A DNA stretch of 62,200 nt, the filler included. It is 4 parts of 4 records of this genome, joined end to end, with 100 filler letters (N's around TTAATTAATTAA, not from the genome) between each part and the next. Parts side by side here need not be neighbours in the genome. Positions count along the whole stretch, not along the records: positions 8,479 to 28,714 come from SRR20825019_3109; 3 more parts are not named here. The stretch is one strand, 5' to 3'. The translations under genes and the position numbers were made by a program. Position 1 is the stretch's first letter, and each line of letters opens with the position of its first letter. This document shows, piece by piece, positions 8,480-17,998 of the stretch. A model generated the notes under the pieces. That model made no database searches. It saw nothing but the letters and a program-made list of their open reading frames with translations, and was not told the origin of the DNA.

Positions 8480-11400
8480 TGCATGTTCTTGTTCTTTGTG
8501 TTTGGAATCGTTGCGCTGCAGATGTGGAAGGGAACCTTTCACCAGAGGTGTATGAACTCCGCGGGTGAACTCGAGAGTGATGACCCCGTTGAGCTGTGTT
8601 ATCTGGGGGACGCGAAGACATTCGGGGATGGATTCGATATGCCGTTTGATTGCGATGTCCTGGGCCCGGGACGTGCTTGCAACACCACTGCTGGCTATTC
8701 GTGCGACATTTACTCGAGCAACCCCAACTATGACATCACGTCTTTCGATAACATTGCGATTGCTTTCTTGACTATTTATCAATGCATCACCCTTGAGGGA
8801 TGGGTGGATGTGATGTACTGGACCAAGCAGGCCAATGGCTACATTACTGTGGTGTACTTTCTTGCGTTGATTATGTTTGGGTCTTTGTTTATGCTCAACT
8901 TGGTGGTCGCTGTCATCAAGTCAAAGTTCGATGGAGCGAAGGAAGAAATCCTTGCCAAAGCATCTGAGACTCGCATGCTGGAGACGCAGATGGTTATCAA
9001 TATTGAGGAGAATGACGAGGACTGGCCCGATCGCTTGGAATATTGGAATCTGCCACAGAATTCCCATATGATCGAGCCGCTGTTGAGGGCACTCGTGAAG
9101 ATTAAGGGTAGCGAGAAGGTGAATCTTGAGCCCTCAAGGCCCGCCACAAAGATGAATAACGTCCGCCCAGGTGTGGGCGCCATTGAGGCTTTCCCTGCTG
9201 CGACTGAAGGTGACATGATGACTGCGACGCATCCTAGCGATGGTGTCACGGCTCCAGCAAGCACTGAGATTGATATGATCAAGGAAGCCGCTGTTCTTGA
9301 TTTTGAACGAAGGGCGGGTGAACAGCTAATGGGTGCAGAGGTGGAGGCGCTGCCTCAGCAGCAGGTTGGGGAGTCCGCGACTGTCCTGGAGCACAATCAG
9401 TCGGGTGAGAGGATTGAGACAATGCCGATATCAGCGTCAAATGTGGATGCCGACAATCGTCCGGAAGGAATGCTCGAGCAGGGAAGTACGGAGTCGCAGC
9501 ACTCGCACGAGGGCTACTTGACTCCAAAGGGCTTGGGCGAACGCGGGAACCCTGGAAATTTCATCATGACGTCGGATATGATTGATACGACTGGTGTTGC
9601 GAAAAGGAGGACATCTGTGACTGACAAGATGCACGATACGTACTTGTCCTATCAGGTGCAGAAAAAGAAGGTGAAGGCGAAGGTGGCCAAGAAGGTGGTG
9701 AAGTTGTTCAAGGGCAATGATGATCCGAATGTTGAGAAGGTGGAGTTTGTCAAGACGAAGTTCCGTTATCCCCTCCAGATCTACTTCCACAAGCTTATTA
9801 TGTGGAAGTGGTTCGATCGCTTTTTTATGTCACTAATTATTGTGAATACACTCGTGATGGCGGCGGAACATCACGATATGGACACCACCTTTGCGGATGT
9901 CTTGACATACACAAACTACACTCTCACATTCCTCTTCACGGTGGAGTTGGTGGTCAAGCTATTTGCCCTGGATATTGATTATTTCAGGGACGGGTTCAAT
10001 ATTTTCGACTTAGTAATTGTCGTGCTGTCTATTGTTGAGGTTGCTATCACCCTGGCAGCATCTGGAGCTGGCGGCGGACTGTCCGCTTTCCGGTCCGTCC
10101 GTATTTTCCGACTGTTCCGTGTCCTTCGAGTGATGAAACTTGTCCGTTACCTAGACGAGCTGCAGAAGATTGTGGCTGTTATTCTTGGTTCTGTGATGAG
10201 CCTTATCTACATTATGATGCTCCTTTTCCTCTTCATGTTCATCTTTGCTATTCTTGGCATGCAGCTATTTGGAGGACATTTCCGAGGCAGCCAGTACTTT
10301 GAGAATGATAAGTATGGCAATGAAGGGATCCCACGGGACAACTTTGACAACTTCTTGTGGTCCATGGTCACCATTTTCCAGATTCTGACCGGTGAGAACT
10401 GGAACACCCCAATGTACAATGCCATCCGGATTCTGGGTTGGTATTACTGTCTCTACTTTGTTGTTTGGAGTATTATTGGGACCTATATCTTGCTGAACTT
10501 GCTTCTTGTCATTATTCTGGACAAGTTCGACGAGGAGGATCCTGCCGAGGATGTTGTCGTTGAAACGCCTGCTGTGCAGGAGGCCGAAGAAGAGGACGTG
10601 AGCAAGAAGAATATGCTGATGTCCCGGGATAGCGCGGCATTCCTGGCTGGTGGTTACGAGGAGCATTCGAAGCGCTTTGACACAGATGCAGGCAAGATCG
10701 ATGTGCTGACCAACCAACTTGTCGACCCTGTTCAGATGGTCCCGGCGCGAAGGATGAAACGTGCCCCGAGTATGGCGGCGCTGGAGTTTGTGCACATCTC
10801 CGACGCACCCGCAGAGGGTAAGGAGGAAATTACGGCCGCGGAACGCCAGAACATAAGGATGAATTTGAAGAAACAGCAGCGTCGTGAATCTGCCGTGTGG
10901 TCGAACGCAGGTTTGAAGGATATGTTGGACAACCCAGAGCACTGGGGAGGGAAGAAGCTGCCTGACAACAAGCCCGTTGTTGTGATGGATGCCCCGAATG
11001 AAGATGTTAAGGTCACGAAGGTGGAGGCCAATGAGAAACCTCTTCCCACGCTGCGTGAGGGCATGCTGGGGAAATCTTTCCGGGTTGATCCCGATGCGCA
11101 GACAGACTATCCCGACAACAAAACGACGAAGACTGGTGCGGTGACCAACCCCGATCTGGAGGCTTTAGCGAAGATGAAGATGACTTTGCTCAACGATGGA
11201 GGCGACGAAGAGAATGAAAATGTGCCCACGATGGAAGAAGTCCAGCTCAAGTCTTTGAGGAATTGGAAGGTGGCGGTGGCCGTAATTGACACGGATGGTT
11301 ATCCTGTGGCCAAGCTGACCCAGAAGGGCACTCTGTACATTGGTCTCCAGAACATTTCGGGGCGCTTTGTCCCCTTGGAACCGATGAAGAAATCTCTCTT

Positions 11401-14107
11401 CTGCCTCTCGCCAAACAACCGGTTTAGGACCATTTTGTTCAATTTTACGTATCACCGTTACTTTGAGTGGTTCATCCTCTTTTTAATCATGTGCTCATCG
11501 ATCGCCATGGCTGCGGAACACCCGGATATTAGCGACACCGAGAAGACCATCTTCTTCAGCCTTGATGTCACATTCGCCATCATCTTTTTCTTTGAATGCT
11601 TGTTCAAGATCGTGTCTCTTGGCTTTGTAATTGGCAAGCAGACTTACCTTCGTGGATACTGGAACCAACTAGACTTCTTCATTGTCATTGTCTCGTTCCT
11701 TTCCCTCATGCTGGTGAACGTCGAGATTTCTTTTGTGCGCGCCATCCGCCTGCTCAGAACCCTCCGTCCGCTTCGTGTGATCTCGCGATCTCGTGGCATG
11801 CGTGTGGTGGTGGGCTCATTGTTTAAGTCCGCATTTGCTATTCTTAATGTGGTGGCAGTGTGCCTGCTCGTATGGCTTATTTACGGTATATTGGGAATCA
11901 ATCTCTTCGCAGGAAAGCTCTACTACTGCGAGAATGACATCAACCTTGACCGTGACGAATGCACCGGTACTAATTCGGAAGGGGAAACGAGACAATGGGT
12001 TGTTCCCCTGGCGAATTTCGACAACATTTTGAATGCGTTCCTGACCCTTTTCGAAGTTGCTTCTCTGGAGCAGTGGCTCGATATCATGTTCAACTGCGTG
12101 GATTCAACAGAGGTTGACTGCGCCCCCGAGCGTGATGCAGCGCCATATTGGGTGATCTACTTCATCTCTTTTGTGTGCCTGTCGAGCTTTTTCTTCATCA
12201 ATCTGTTCACGGGCGTTGTGTACTCCAAGTACCGGAAGGAGTCACTCGAAGAGAGCGGATACGGCTTTTACACACCAGAGCAGCGAGAATGGGTCGATAC
12301 ACAGAAGGTACTGCTTCGAGCGAAGTCATCACCAAAGCCACAACCGCCCAAGCAATGGATACGGAAACCATTCTTCTACTTGTCATATTGGCCCACGTTC
12401 GATTATTTCATTATGTCCTGCATCATCCTGAACGTGCTCCTTATGTCTACGTCGCACTACAACGAGCCCGCATGGTTCACCTTAAGTGTGGAGTATATCA
12501 ATTTCGTGTTTTCCTTCATATTCTTGTGCGAAGCGGTCATTAAGCTTATTGGGCTTGGGATCATGAATTATTTTAAGGATTCATGGAACCGGTTCGATTT
12601 CCTAATTGTTCTCGTCTCGATCATTGACTTTGTTACAACCGTGGCCAACTTCAGCTTCTCGTTCTTGACCATATTGAGAGTTGTAGGCCGCATCTTCCGT
12701 GTTACGCGGATGATGCGCCTTGTTAAGAGCCTGAAAGGGCTGCGAGTGCTGTTCAAGACCCTGTGGATCACCTTGCCATCCCTCATGAACATGGGAGCAC
12801 TCCTGTTCTTGCTACTATTCATTTACTCTGTCCTCGGCATGAACCTGTTTGGACAAGTTATTTCGGGTGAATTCCTCAATGACGATGCAAACTTCCAGAG
12901 GTTAGGAATCGGCATGCTTACTCTCTTCCGTATGTCTACCGGTGAGAACTGGAACGGTCTCATGCACGACTGCCAAGTGGAACAAGATGATGATTGCACT
13001 GGAGAATCGTGTTGCAGAAACTCTGATGACAACTGCGGCGACAAATACGCCGCGGCCCTGTACTTCCCTTCTTATATTATCGTGGTTGGGTTTGTGGTGT
13101 TGAATCTTTTCGTGTCCATTATTTTGGAGGGCTTCGATTCGATTGACAAGAACGAGAATATGATCGTGAATGAGGGCGAGATAGAAAACTTTAAGTTGGC
13201 ATGGCAGCGATATGACCCCAGGGCAACGAACTGGATCGCTATGGGCGACCTCCCGGACCTCCTGTCAAGTATTAACCCGCCGCTTGGTGCTGGAGAGAAG
13301 TGCAAGGGTGCTGCTATGATGAAGCACTTACAACGTCTTGATATCCCCAGTCACATTAATGACGGTATTGTTGAGGCACACTTTAGGGAGGTGTTGTTTG
13401 CATGTGCGAAGCTGGCTGTAGGACAGAAGCTTCCCAGCTCTATGGTTAAGAGGGATATTGAAACTGCATTGATGAAATTCCTGCCCTCCCTCTTGAATCC
13501 TAGCCATGGTGCTCTCACGATTGGCGAGGTATATTCAGTAACACACATTCAGAAGACATGGAAGGACAGAATGAAGAAGAGGATGGAGAAGAAGCTGTCC
13601 CAGGTGAAACTGCAAACCTCGAAGGGTGTGCTGGAGGAGATGGGCATTATCGACGAGGAAGCAGAGAGGGTCAAGAGTATTCTTGCTGCCAACAAGGCCA
13701 AGCGTCTTGCGGCAATCGCAATGAAGGAAGCCGACGGAGGTATATCGGAAAATCAGTCTGCATTGGGGACGCCGAAGCTTCCTAATGTTCTTGAGGGGCT
13801 CAGTGCACTGCCTGTGGCAGAAGAGCCGCAGATGCCTACCCTCTTGTTTGGCAAGGCTGCCATGGCTAGTGTTCCTGAGAACAACGCCCTCGAGATCTCA
13901 TTCGAAGCGAGCGAGAATGCGCCACCTCCCTTCAGCGCTGCTGCTACTGACGCGCTTTCGCCCGAAACCGAGCAGGTTTTCGATGCCCCTGCACCTACTT
14001 CACCGAACGGCAGTAGTGGGGATGGGAGTGGAAGCAACAATGACAGTGACGATAGGGAGCCGCCGCCCGCAGCGGAGCAGGAACCCTCCGAACCCCCACC
14101 TTCATAA
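8480..14107 (+). CDS. Four-domain voltage-gated calcium channel alpha-1 subunit (eukaryotic; 5' truncated within domain I)
   Basis: Intron-free frame of 1874+ aa; pore loops TLEGW, TGENW, SLEQW, TGENW (EEEE); S4 Arg repeats in DII-DIV; C-terminal EF-hand-like (FKLAWQRYDP) and IQ-like (IQKTWK) segments. Confidence 0.93.
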   Translation, partial: CMFLFFVFGIVALQMWKGTFHQRCMNSAGELESDDPVELCYLGDAKTFGDGFDMPFDCDVLGPGRACNTTAGYSCDIYSSNPNYDITSFDNIAIAFLTIYQCITLEGWVDVMYWTKQANGYITVVYFLALIMFGSLFMLNLVVAVIKSKFDGAKEEILAKASETRMLETQMVINIEENDEDWPDRLEYWNLPQNSHMIEPLLRALVKIKGSEKVNLEPSRPATKMNNVRPGVGAIEAFPAATEGDMMTATHPSDGVTAPASTEIDMIKEAAVLDFERRAGEQLMGAEVEALPQQQVGESATVLEHNQSGERIETMPISASNVDADNRPEGMLEQGSTESQHSHEGYLTPKGLGERGNPGNFIMTSDMIDTTGVAKRRTSVTDKMHDTYLSYQVQKKKVKAKVAKKVVKLFKGNDDPNVEKVEFVKTKFRYPLQIYFHKLIMWKWFDRFFMSLIIVNTLVMAAEHHDMDTTFADVLTYTNYTLTFLFTVELVVKLFALDIDYFRDGFNIFDLVIVVLSIVEVAITLAASGAGGGLSAFRSVRIFRLFRVLRVMKLVRYLDELQKIVAVILGSVMSLIYIMMLLFLFMFIFAILGMQLFGGHFRGSQYFENDKYGNEGIPRDNFDNFLWSMVTIFQILTGENWNTPMYNAIRILGWYYCLYFVVWSIIGTYILLNLLLVIILDKFDEEDPAEDVVVETPAVQEAEEEDVSKKNMLMSRDSAAFLAGGYEEHSKRFDTDAGKIDVLTNQLVDPVQMVPARRMKRAPSMAALEFVHISDAPAEGKEEITAAERQNIRMNLKKQQRRESAVWSNAGLKDMLDNPEHWGGKKLPDNKPVVVMDAPNEDVKVTKVEANEKPLPTLREGMLGKSFRVDPDAQTDYPDNKTTKTGAVTNPDLEALAKMKMTLLNDGGDEENENVPTMEEVQLKSLRNWKVAVAVIDTDGYPVAKLTQKGTLYIGLQNISGRFVPLEPMKKSLFCLSPNNRFRTILFNFTYHRYFEWFILFLIMCSSIAMAAEHPDISDTEKTIFFSLDVTFAIIFFFECLFKIVSLGFVIGKQTYLRGYWNQLDFFIVIVSFLSLMLVNVEISFVRAIRLLRTLRPLRVISRSRGMRVVVGSLFKSAFAILNVVAVCLLVWLIYGILGINLFAGKLYYCENDINLDRDECTGTNSEGETRQWVVPLANFDNILNAFLTLFEVASLEQWLDIMFNCVDSTEVDCAPERDAAPYWVIYFISFVCLSSFFFINLFTGVVYSKYRKESLEESGYGFYTPEQREWVDTQKVLLRAKSSPKPQPPKQWIRKPFFYLSYWPTFDYFIMSCIILNVLLMSTSHYNEPAWFTLSVEYINFVFSFIFLCEAVIKLIGLGIMNYFKDSWNRFDFLIVLVSIIDFVTTVANFSFSFLTILRVVGRIFRVTRMMRLVKSLKGLRVLFKTLWITLPSLMNMGALLFLLLFIYSVLGMNLFGQVISGEFLNDDANFQRLGIGMLTLFRMSTGENWNGLMHDCQVEQDDDCTGESCCRNSDDNCGDKYAAALYFPSYIIVVGFVVLNLFVSIILEGFDSIDKNENMIVNEGEIENFKLAWQRYDPRATNWIAMGDLPDLLSSINPPLGAGEKCKGAAMMKHLQRLDIPSHINDGIVEAHFREVLFACAKLAVGQKLPSSMVKRDIETALMKFLPSLLNPSHGALTIGEVYSVTHIQKTWKDRMKKRMEKKLSQVKLQTSKGVLEEMGIIDEEAERVKSILAANKAKRLAAIAMKEADGGISENQSALGTPKLPNVLEGLSALPVAEEPQMPTLLFGKAAMASVPENNALEISFEASENAPPPFSAAATDALSPETEQVFDAPAPTSPNGSSGDGSGSNNDSDDREPPPAAEQEPSEPPPS

Positions 14108-14169
14108 TAGATATATGTTTTAGCCATATAGTAAATCGTGGTAATAGAATATCGTGTTTCATTCTTGGT

Positions 14170-15390
14170 TTAGTCGTCGTCGGAGTCGCTTCGGATGTCC
14201 TTTTCTACTTCCTTTTTGGTGATGGCCCTATGAGTCCTAAGTCAGCACACATCCCCTTGGCACTGAGCGCCAACATACCTGTACACCATCCGAATAATGA
14301 GCATGTACCAGAAAATATGGAGGCAGAGCAATATGGAGAGCAGTACGCCAAGAAGATTAACAATGAAGTCATTGGGGTCATGGCCAAGACGCTCCCAGAT
14401 AGCTCGACGCTCCCAAACAACGCTGTAAATAGTCACAGGAAAGATGCCCAGGCGAGACACTCCGAAGCACAGGGCGAAGCAACCAAGCCTGATTCATATA
14501 TCGTCAGTATCCTACAGGGGCACACATGAGGTTGCGCAGACACGTACACAACGTCAGCCAAAGTTTTCAACTTGCAGTAGACAATCAGCTTTCCGCCATA
14601 GAGCAATACATCGCTCACATCGTGTAGGACAAGAATAGCAAAACCAACGCGGTGATGATTACTGAAACTGGAGATTCCAGTGAGCAGGATTCTGTTAGGT
14701 GAGGCAGACAGTGGTTAGCCAAGATGACTCGAGAAAGTGACGACAACTCATACGTGACAATATGGTGGATCAACATCTCCATGAAGTCGCTGCGCTTCTC
14801 CTCGATCATAACCACAAGGAGAGCGTGAATGTAGAAGGACGTCTCAAAAATATAAAAGAGTTTCAATTTCAAACTCAAAGGAGCAACCGGCCAGTATTGC
14901 CACCATGAGAGCCGGTCAAACACCCAAGACTCCTATAGTTAGTCAAAAGCACAATAAGCCAATCTTGATCCGAAGAGCAAATTCCCACCTTACCCGCTCA
15001 TCCAACACAATAAATGCTACGGCAAATGCGAATGCTATGGTATAGTACACGTAGAACCAAGCAGTCTCTGCAAACTTCTGAGCCTTGCGATGCTTCTTGA
15101 TGCCAAGGATAGTCTTTGCGAACGGCTATTTCATTAATGTGAGACTTCGGCACTTCCCATCCAGGACACTAGCCCCAAGACAAACATACCCGCAACCCAA
15201 AAATGAAGAGGAACCGCAAAACAGTGAGTGCCAAAGCGGCCCCGAAAAAGAGCTGAAGGTCATCGAACACTATCTCATACGGAGCAATGGAGAGTGGTGT
15301 GCCCGGTTGGGTCGTTTTTGCACCCGGGACAAAGGCAACAACTGGAGCTAGAGCCTCGTCCAGGATATCCAGGTATGTGTTCGTGGACAT
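14170..15390 (-). CDS. Ceramide synthase (Lag1/TLC domain), multi-exon
   Basis: Spliced through short GT-AG introns (e.g. 15126-15189, 14933-14993): KFAETAW, Lag1 motif KRSDFMEMLIHHIVT, LHDVSDV, RLGIFP, LHIFWY, C-terminal DIRSDSDDD*. Confidence 0.88.
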
Positions 15391-15746
15391 TACGCCTGGC
15401 CGGTTGAACCATTCATTTCATGGCAGTGCCATATATATGAAGAATATGAAAAAAATTAAAACCAGTGCCCAGCTCACCGGACCAACCATGTATTCTCGTC
15501 ACCGACTCTCGATACACAACCGCGTACTCCGCACGAGTTGGCACCGTTCCGGCTGGCCTGCAGCGCCGGGCCTGCGCGCCCCCTTCGAGGCCGGGGCCCG
15601 GGCCCGGCCGCTCGCGGGCCGTCGCGGCAGCCGGCCCGCCGCCGGGGGCGCCGGGGCTCCGCCGGCGCGGCGCGAGCGGCCCCCCCAAGCGCCGCCGGCG
15701 GTGGCGGCGCTTCGCTGGCAACGGGCGGGCGGCGAAAAAAAATGAA

Positions 15747-15833
15747 CGCGAAGAAGGAGGAATCGAGCCCCTGTGACTTTCGCCACCAACGGATTTGAAG
15801 TCCGTCCCCAGGACCACCCAGGATCATCCTCGC
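15747..15833 (-). tRNA. tRNA-Sec (anticodon TCA), eukaryotic 9/4 type
   Basis: GCGAGGATGATCCTGGGTGGTCCTGGGGACGGACTTCAAATCCGTTGGTGGCGAAAGTCACAGGGGCTCGATTCCTCCTTCTTCGCG: 87 nt, 9-bp acceptor with U-U pair, 6-bp D stem with TGGT loop, 6-bp anticodon stem, loop CTTCAAA, long variable arm, 4-bp T stem, G discriminator; T8 Pol III terminator directly downstream. Confidence 0.96.
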
Positions 15834-15858
15834 AAAGGCCTTTTCCCAAAAAACCATG

Positions 15859-15865
15859 ATTTATA
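15859..15865 (-). promoter_or_regulatory. TATA box upstream of tRNA-Sec
   Basis: TATAAAT at -32 to -26 relative to tRNA-Sec start; upstream TATA promoters are typical of eukaryotic tRNA-Sec genes. Confidence 0.7.
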
Positions 15866-16520
15866 CCCCCTGAATAAGAACTTGAGGATAGCTCTTTTAT
15901 GCATGGGTACTCTACCCAGACTCTGGAAGGCCCCCTGACCCGACTCACCTGGAGCGGCCAAGCGATCATCCGCTTCAAATCAGCGGCCCGCGGACGTCCA
16001 CCCACTCGCCGCAGGTGGCCCTGCCACGTGGTGCTGCCGCTTAATCGAAGTGCCGCCGGCCCAGCTGGCCCACTGGGTGGCCATGCCGAGGCCTGGGGGC
16101 GCGCGCCGCCGCCAGAACCTGGGGTCTGGGCCGTCGAGCCTTGCCTTGATTTTCAACTGGAGTCGTCGGTTGCCGGGTGCCCCGTTGGGGCGCCAACGCA
16201 CGGGCGGCCGGCCTGGTCCCGCCAGGATCCGCGCCCGCGGCCCGGGCTCGGACGCGACGGGGCGAGATGAGACGGCCGGACGGGATGCCGGGTCCGTTTG
16301 GTCAGCTGGGCGGGTCTCCCCCGCGCGCCGGCCAGGCAAGTGGGCCCGTGTCGGACATTGGCGCCGTTACATTGCCCAATAGCGCCAGCCGGTGCCGGTC
16401 CTTGGGTTACTGAAGGCTTGCCCAGCCCGCACGGACAGGTAGTAAGAGTTCGTAGAGTATATTCAAATCTACGCCCACATAATCGCTAACAGCACAGTTT
16501 CAATTCAAAGATCTGTTGGT

Positions 16521-17892
16521 ATGCCACCCCAGCATAACGAAAAGGCCGTCACGGCCACCAAAGTGGAAGGGAAGAATGAAATGCTGATTGATGGCCGCTG
16601 GTATGATGTAACCAGCTTTACTAAGTGGCACCCAGGGTATGTGACAAGTTGTTTCGGGTAATAGATTTTAGGGCTCTGACTTCTGTACCTGCAGAGGCAA
16701 CATCATTAAGTTCATGTATGGCCAGGATGCATCTGAGGCTTTTAGGGAGTTCCACAACCGCTCGGACCGGGGTAAGTTTTAAGTCAAAGTTGGAGTATAT
16801 ACCTAATCATTTGCACAGCCAAGAAAAAGTTGAATGCGCTCCCTTCTCGTCCAGCCGTCTCTGTGGAGTCGAAGAAGGACCCTTTGGTGGAGGATTTTTT
16901 GAAGCTGAGGAAAGAGCTTGAAAACGAGGGCTACTTTGATCCTTCCCCAGCACATGTGGCATACCGATACGTAGAGCTCATTGTTATCCACTTGATTGGC
17001 TTCTACATGTTCACTCATGGGTGGGTATACAGCGGAGTGTTCGTGTTTGCTATTGGGAACGGCCGGTGCGGTTGGGTTATGCACGAGGCCGGACACGGCA
17101 GTCTTACTGGAGTCCCTAAGATCGACTCCTTTTTGAATGCCATGACGTTTGCTCTGGGCAACGGAATGTCTGGGGCGTACTGGAACAATCAACATAACAA
17201 GCACCATGCCACTCCCCAAAAGCTGAAGCACGATGTTGACCTCAACACCCTCCCACTCGTTGCCTTCAACAAGTTCACCGCTCGCGAGGCCAAGGATCCT
17301 ATCTCTAAGGCGTATCTCCGCCTCCAGGCTTACATTTTCGCTCCCGTTAGCACTTTAATGGTGACGCTGGGCTGGGCATTTTTCCTTCACCCTCGCTACA
17401 TGTGGAGGAAGAAGCTTTGGACAGAGCTGTTTTTCCTCATGGTTCGTTGGGTGTTTGTTTTTTCTTACTTCGACTTTGTCATGTTTATGGAGCTGGGTAT
17501 GTTCACAACAGATTTTACATGCTTGACACTTTGAGCTAACTAGATGTGCAGCCTTGGTTGGCGGAACGTACATCTTCCTGAACTTTGCCGTATCGCACAC
17601 ACACAAGCCTGTTTTGCAGCCGCATGAACACACAGACTGGGTGAGATACTCGGGTCTCTTCACCACCAACATTACCGACAACATCTTTGTGAATTGGTGG
17701 ATGGGATACTTGAACTTCCAGATCGAACACCACCTGTTCCCAAGCATGCCTCAGTTCCGCCAGGCACAGATTGCCCCTCGCGTGAGGGCTCTGTTCAAGA
17801 AGCACAACTTGGAGTATGACTGCTGCACATATTGGGATGGTCTCCGCCGCACCTTCACCAATCTCAACGAGGTCGCCGCCGAGATCCAGTAA
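16521..17892 (+). CDS. Cytochrome b5-fused front-end fatty acid desaturase (delta-5/delta-6 type), 4 exons
   Basis: HPGG (split by intron 16637-16694), His boxes HEAGH, HNKHH, QIEHHLFP; three short GT-AG introns. Confidence 0.92.
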
Positions 17893-17998
17893 AAGCTCGT
17901 TTCTTGCGTTCTCGATTGGTCGAGCTCGCAACCGAACCTGTACTAATTGAAACAGAGTAATGATTGGATTGGAAAGCTTTATGAATACATCAACCCCT

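Noticed and set aside
15747-15833. tRNA-Trp(UCA) or opal suppressor implying an altered genetic code
   Set aside because: The 9/4 fold, 6-bp D stem and long variable arm are diagnostic of tRNA-Sec; Trp is encoded by TGG in neighbouring genes
15287-16489. Many Arg/Pro/Gly/Ala-rich ORFs in GC islands (also 20682-21662 and 23696-24134)
   Set aside because: Stop-codon depletion from extreme GC; overlapping in all frames, no motifs
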